From a virus: a stretch of DNA of 64,000 nucleotides. The notes beneath the pieces were generated by a model. It did not search any database. It was not told where the DNA came from and was given only the letters and a program-made list of their open reading frames with translations. Location: the IMG/VR virus record IMGVR_UViG_3300025141_000029, positions 93,734 through 157,733 of that record; one strand, 5' to 3'. Shown here piece after piece: positions 62,737 to 64,000 of the stretch. Each line of letters opens with the position of its first letter. The first letter of the stretch is position 1. Both the position numbers and the translations under genes were made by a program.

Positions 62737-64000
62737 ATGAAAAACTTTATTAAGTTATTCGAAAATTATCGTCGCTTCTTAAACGAAGAACAGCTTCTTG
62801 TTGAAGCTCGCGAAACGGATGCCCTCAAAAGGGTTGTCAAAGGAGTCAAGAGCGAAGAAGTAAATGAATTTTTAACTTCCTATATGGATCATCTTTTTGG
62901 TTATGATCCTTCTGGCAATCAAAAATATGCACTTTGGATTGCCAAAATGTTGAATAATTCAGCCCATCGAATGATTCACAGCGTTGAAAAGGAACGTTTC
63001 GCGGTGGCAGATTATCTTGACTCCATCAAAGCCGGAGTTGGTTCAGACATTCAAACTATTCAACGAAACTTGGCCAATTATCATAAAATGGCTCAAAAGA
63101 ACTTGATTGAAAAAGATATTAATAAATTTGATGATATATCCGATTGGGCTCATGCTGTCTATAGGGCAATTGCCGAGAACGAAGAGAGACAACAGATGAA
63201 GGCAATGGAAAAAAAGGCCAAATCTGAATCTGATGTTATTTCCAGTGGTGATGATTATATGATTGTTCGTCCTCGATCAAAAGAAGGCTCTTGTTATTAT
63301 GGCCAAGGAACTCGCTGGTGTATCTCTGCCACAAAAAGCCAAAATTACTTTGATAGTTATACTGAAGAAGGCAAAGGCTTCTATTTTGTTTTCTTTCATC
63401 ACTTACAGCAAGATGATATAATGAAAAAGATGGCTTTGGTTTTTGAGCCCGGGTACGACGAACCCTCTGAGGTTTATGATCGTCCGGATGATGAAGTTGG
63501 AATCGACGGCTTAAGAGAAGCTGTCGAAGAGAATCTTTTGCTGAAAGGATTCTGGAATTCGTTGCCAGATAAAAAAGCAGTAAAGAAGATCTTCAATAAA
63601 AAACCAGAAGAATTAAAAAAGTTAGTAGCTAAACTTCAACACGAATTGGAAATATTTAGAGAAGGGGACGAGATAGGCGATAAAACTCTTAAATATAAAG
63701 ATGCGGATCTTGAAGTTCTCGCTACAGCTTTTAAAGCTTTGGGTATTGATATCGAAGATAACAATGATATAGAAGAAGAATTTGATGAGCTGATCAGCGA
63801 AGATCTTTGGGATATTATCGCGGCATCAGCTCGCCATTGGGATGAAAATCCTGCAGGACCAACTGAAGAAGAATATCAAGTAATAGAAGACGCAGTCGAT
63901 CTTAATCATTTTTATATCTCTCGCGAAGAAATGGATGAAGGTAGAATGTATTGGGATGCTGGAACAACATTTCAGTTTGATGATGTTGATGATCTTGTAG
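62737..64000 (+). CDS. Partial (runs off window) putative head-internal protein with GTxWC (PcfJ-like) motif
   Basis: Not in ORF track; MKNFIKLFENYRRFLNEEQLLVEAR...DPSGNQKYALWI...KDINKF...VRPRSKEGSCYYGQGTRWCISATKSQNYFDSY; no stop seen to the window end. Confidence 0.7.
   Translation, partial: MKNFIKLFENYRRFLNEEQLLVEARETDALKRVVKGVKSEEVNEFLTSYMDHLFGYDPSGNQKYALWIAKMLNNSAHRMIHSVEKERFAVADYLDSIKAGVGSDIQTIQRNLANYHKMAQKNLIEKDINKFDDISDWAHAVYRAIAENEERQQMKAMEKKAKSESDVISSGDDYMIVRPRSKEGSCYYGQGTRWCISATKSQNYFDSYTEEGKGFYFVFFHHLQQDDIMKKMALVFEPGYDEPSEVYDRPDDEVGIDGLREAVEENLLLKGFWNSLPDKKAVKKIFNKKPEELKKLVAKLQHELEIFREGDEIGDKTLKYKDADLEVLATAFKALGIDIEDNNDIEEEFDELISEDLWDIIAASARHWDENPAGPTEEEYQVIEDAVDLNHFYISREEMDEGRMYWDAGTTFQFDDVDDLV

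Noticed and set aside
1-64000. Stop-codon reassignment (as in some large phages)
   Set aside because: Very long ORFs are intact in the standard code, and TAA, TAG and TGA all end genes at tight junctions.
1-64000. tRNA/rRNA genes, introns, inteins, intrinsic terminators
   Set aside because: Intergenic gaps are mostly under 60 bp and I could not identify cloverleafs, intein motifs or convincing hairpin-U tracts by eye; tRNAscan/Infernal not run.

Overview
AT-rich (roughly one-third GC by eye), densely coding 64-kb segment that reads as part of a large T4-like (myovirus/jumbo-type) bacteriophage genome using the standard code. On the minus strand: (i) ~1-26.5 kb baseplate/tail module (gp7-like 2883-aa LamG protein, DNRLRE-like protein, gp6-like wedge, gp25, a 2764-aa giant protein, and a three-gene gp5-like set with an amidase); (ii) a gp55-like late sigma factor and small conserved genes; (iii) a ~20.6-kb glycan island (28.4-49.0 kb) with at least 7 glycosyltransferase-like genes, Gmd/ColD-like/Fcl-like, Ugd/Uxs-like, methyltransferases, a B12 radical SAM enzyme and an RpiB-nucleotidyltransferase fusion + kinase + AraD + cupin + transaldolase + HAD phosphatase block; (iv) Cas4-like exonuclease, PIN-PhoH and a Fis-like HTH protein; (v) a cluster of probable head-packaged proteins with LxE motifs (ligase-like/HIGH nucleotidyltransferase fusion, HEXXH protein, Pol-beta-like nucleotidyltransferase). 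On the plus strand: a trypsin-like lipoprotein, a MopE-repeat/vWA protein, a HEXXH protein and a partial gene. Best candidate new system: phage-encoded glycan synthesis coupled to a heavily repeated [S/T]-[G/A/S]-S motif in baseplate proteins (possible virion glycosylation sequon). All calls are motif recognition by eye; no searches were run. No tRNA, rRNA, CRISPR array or mobile element was recognised.
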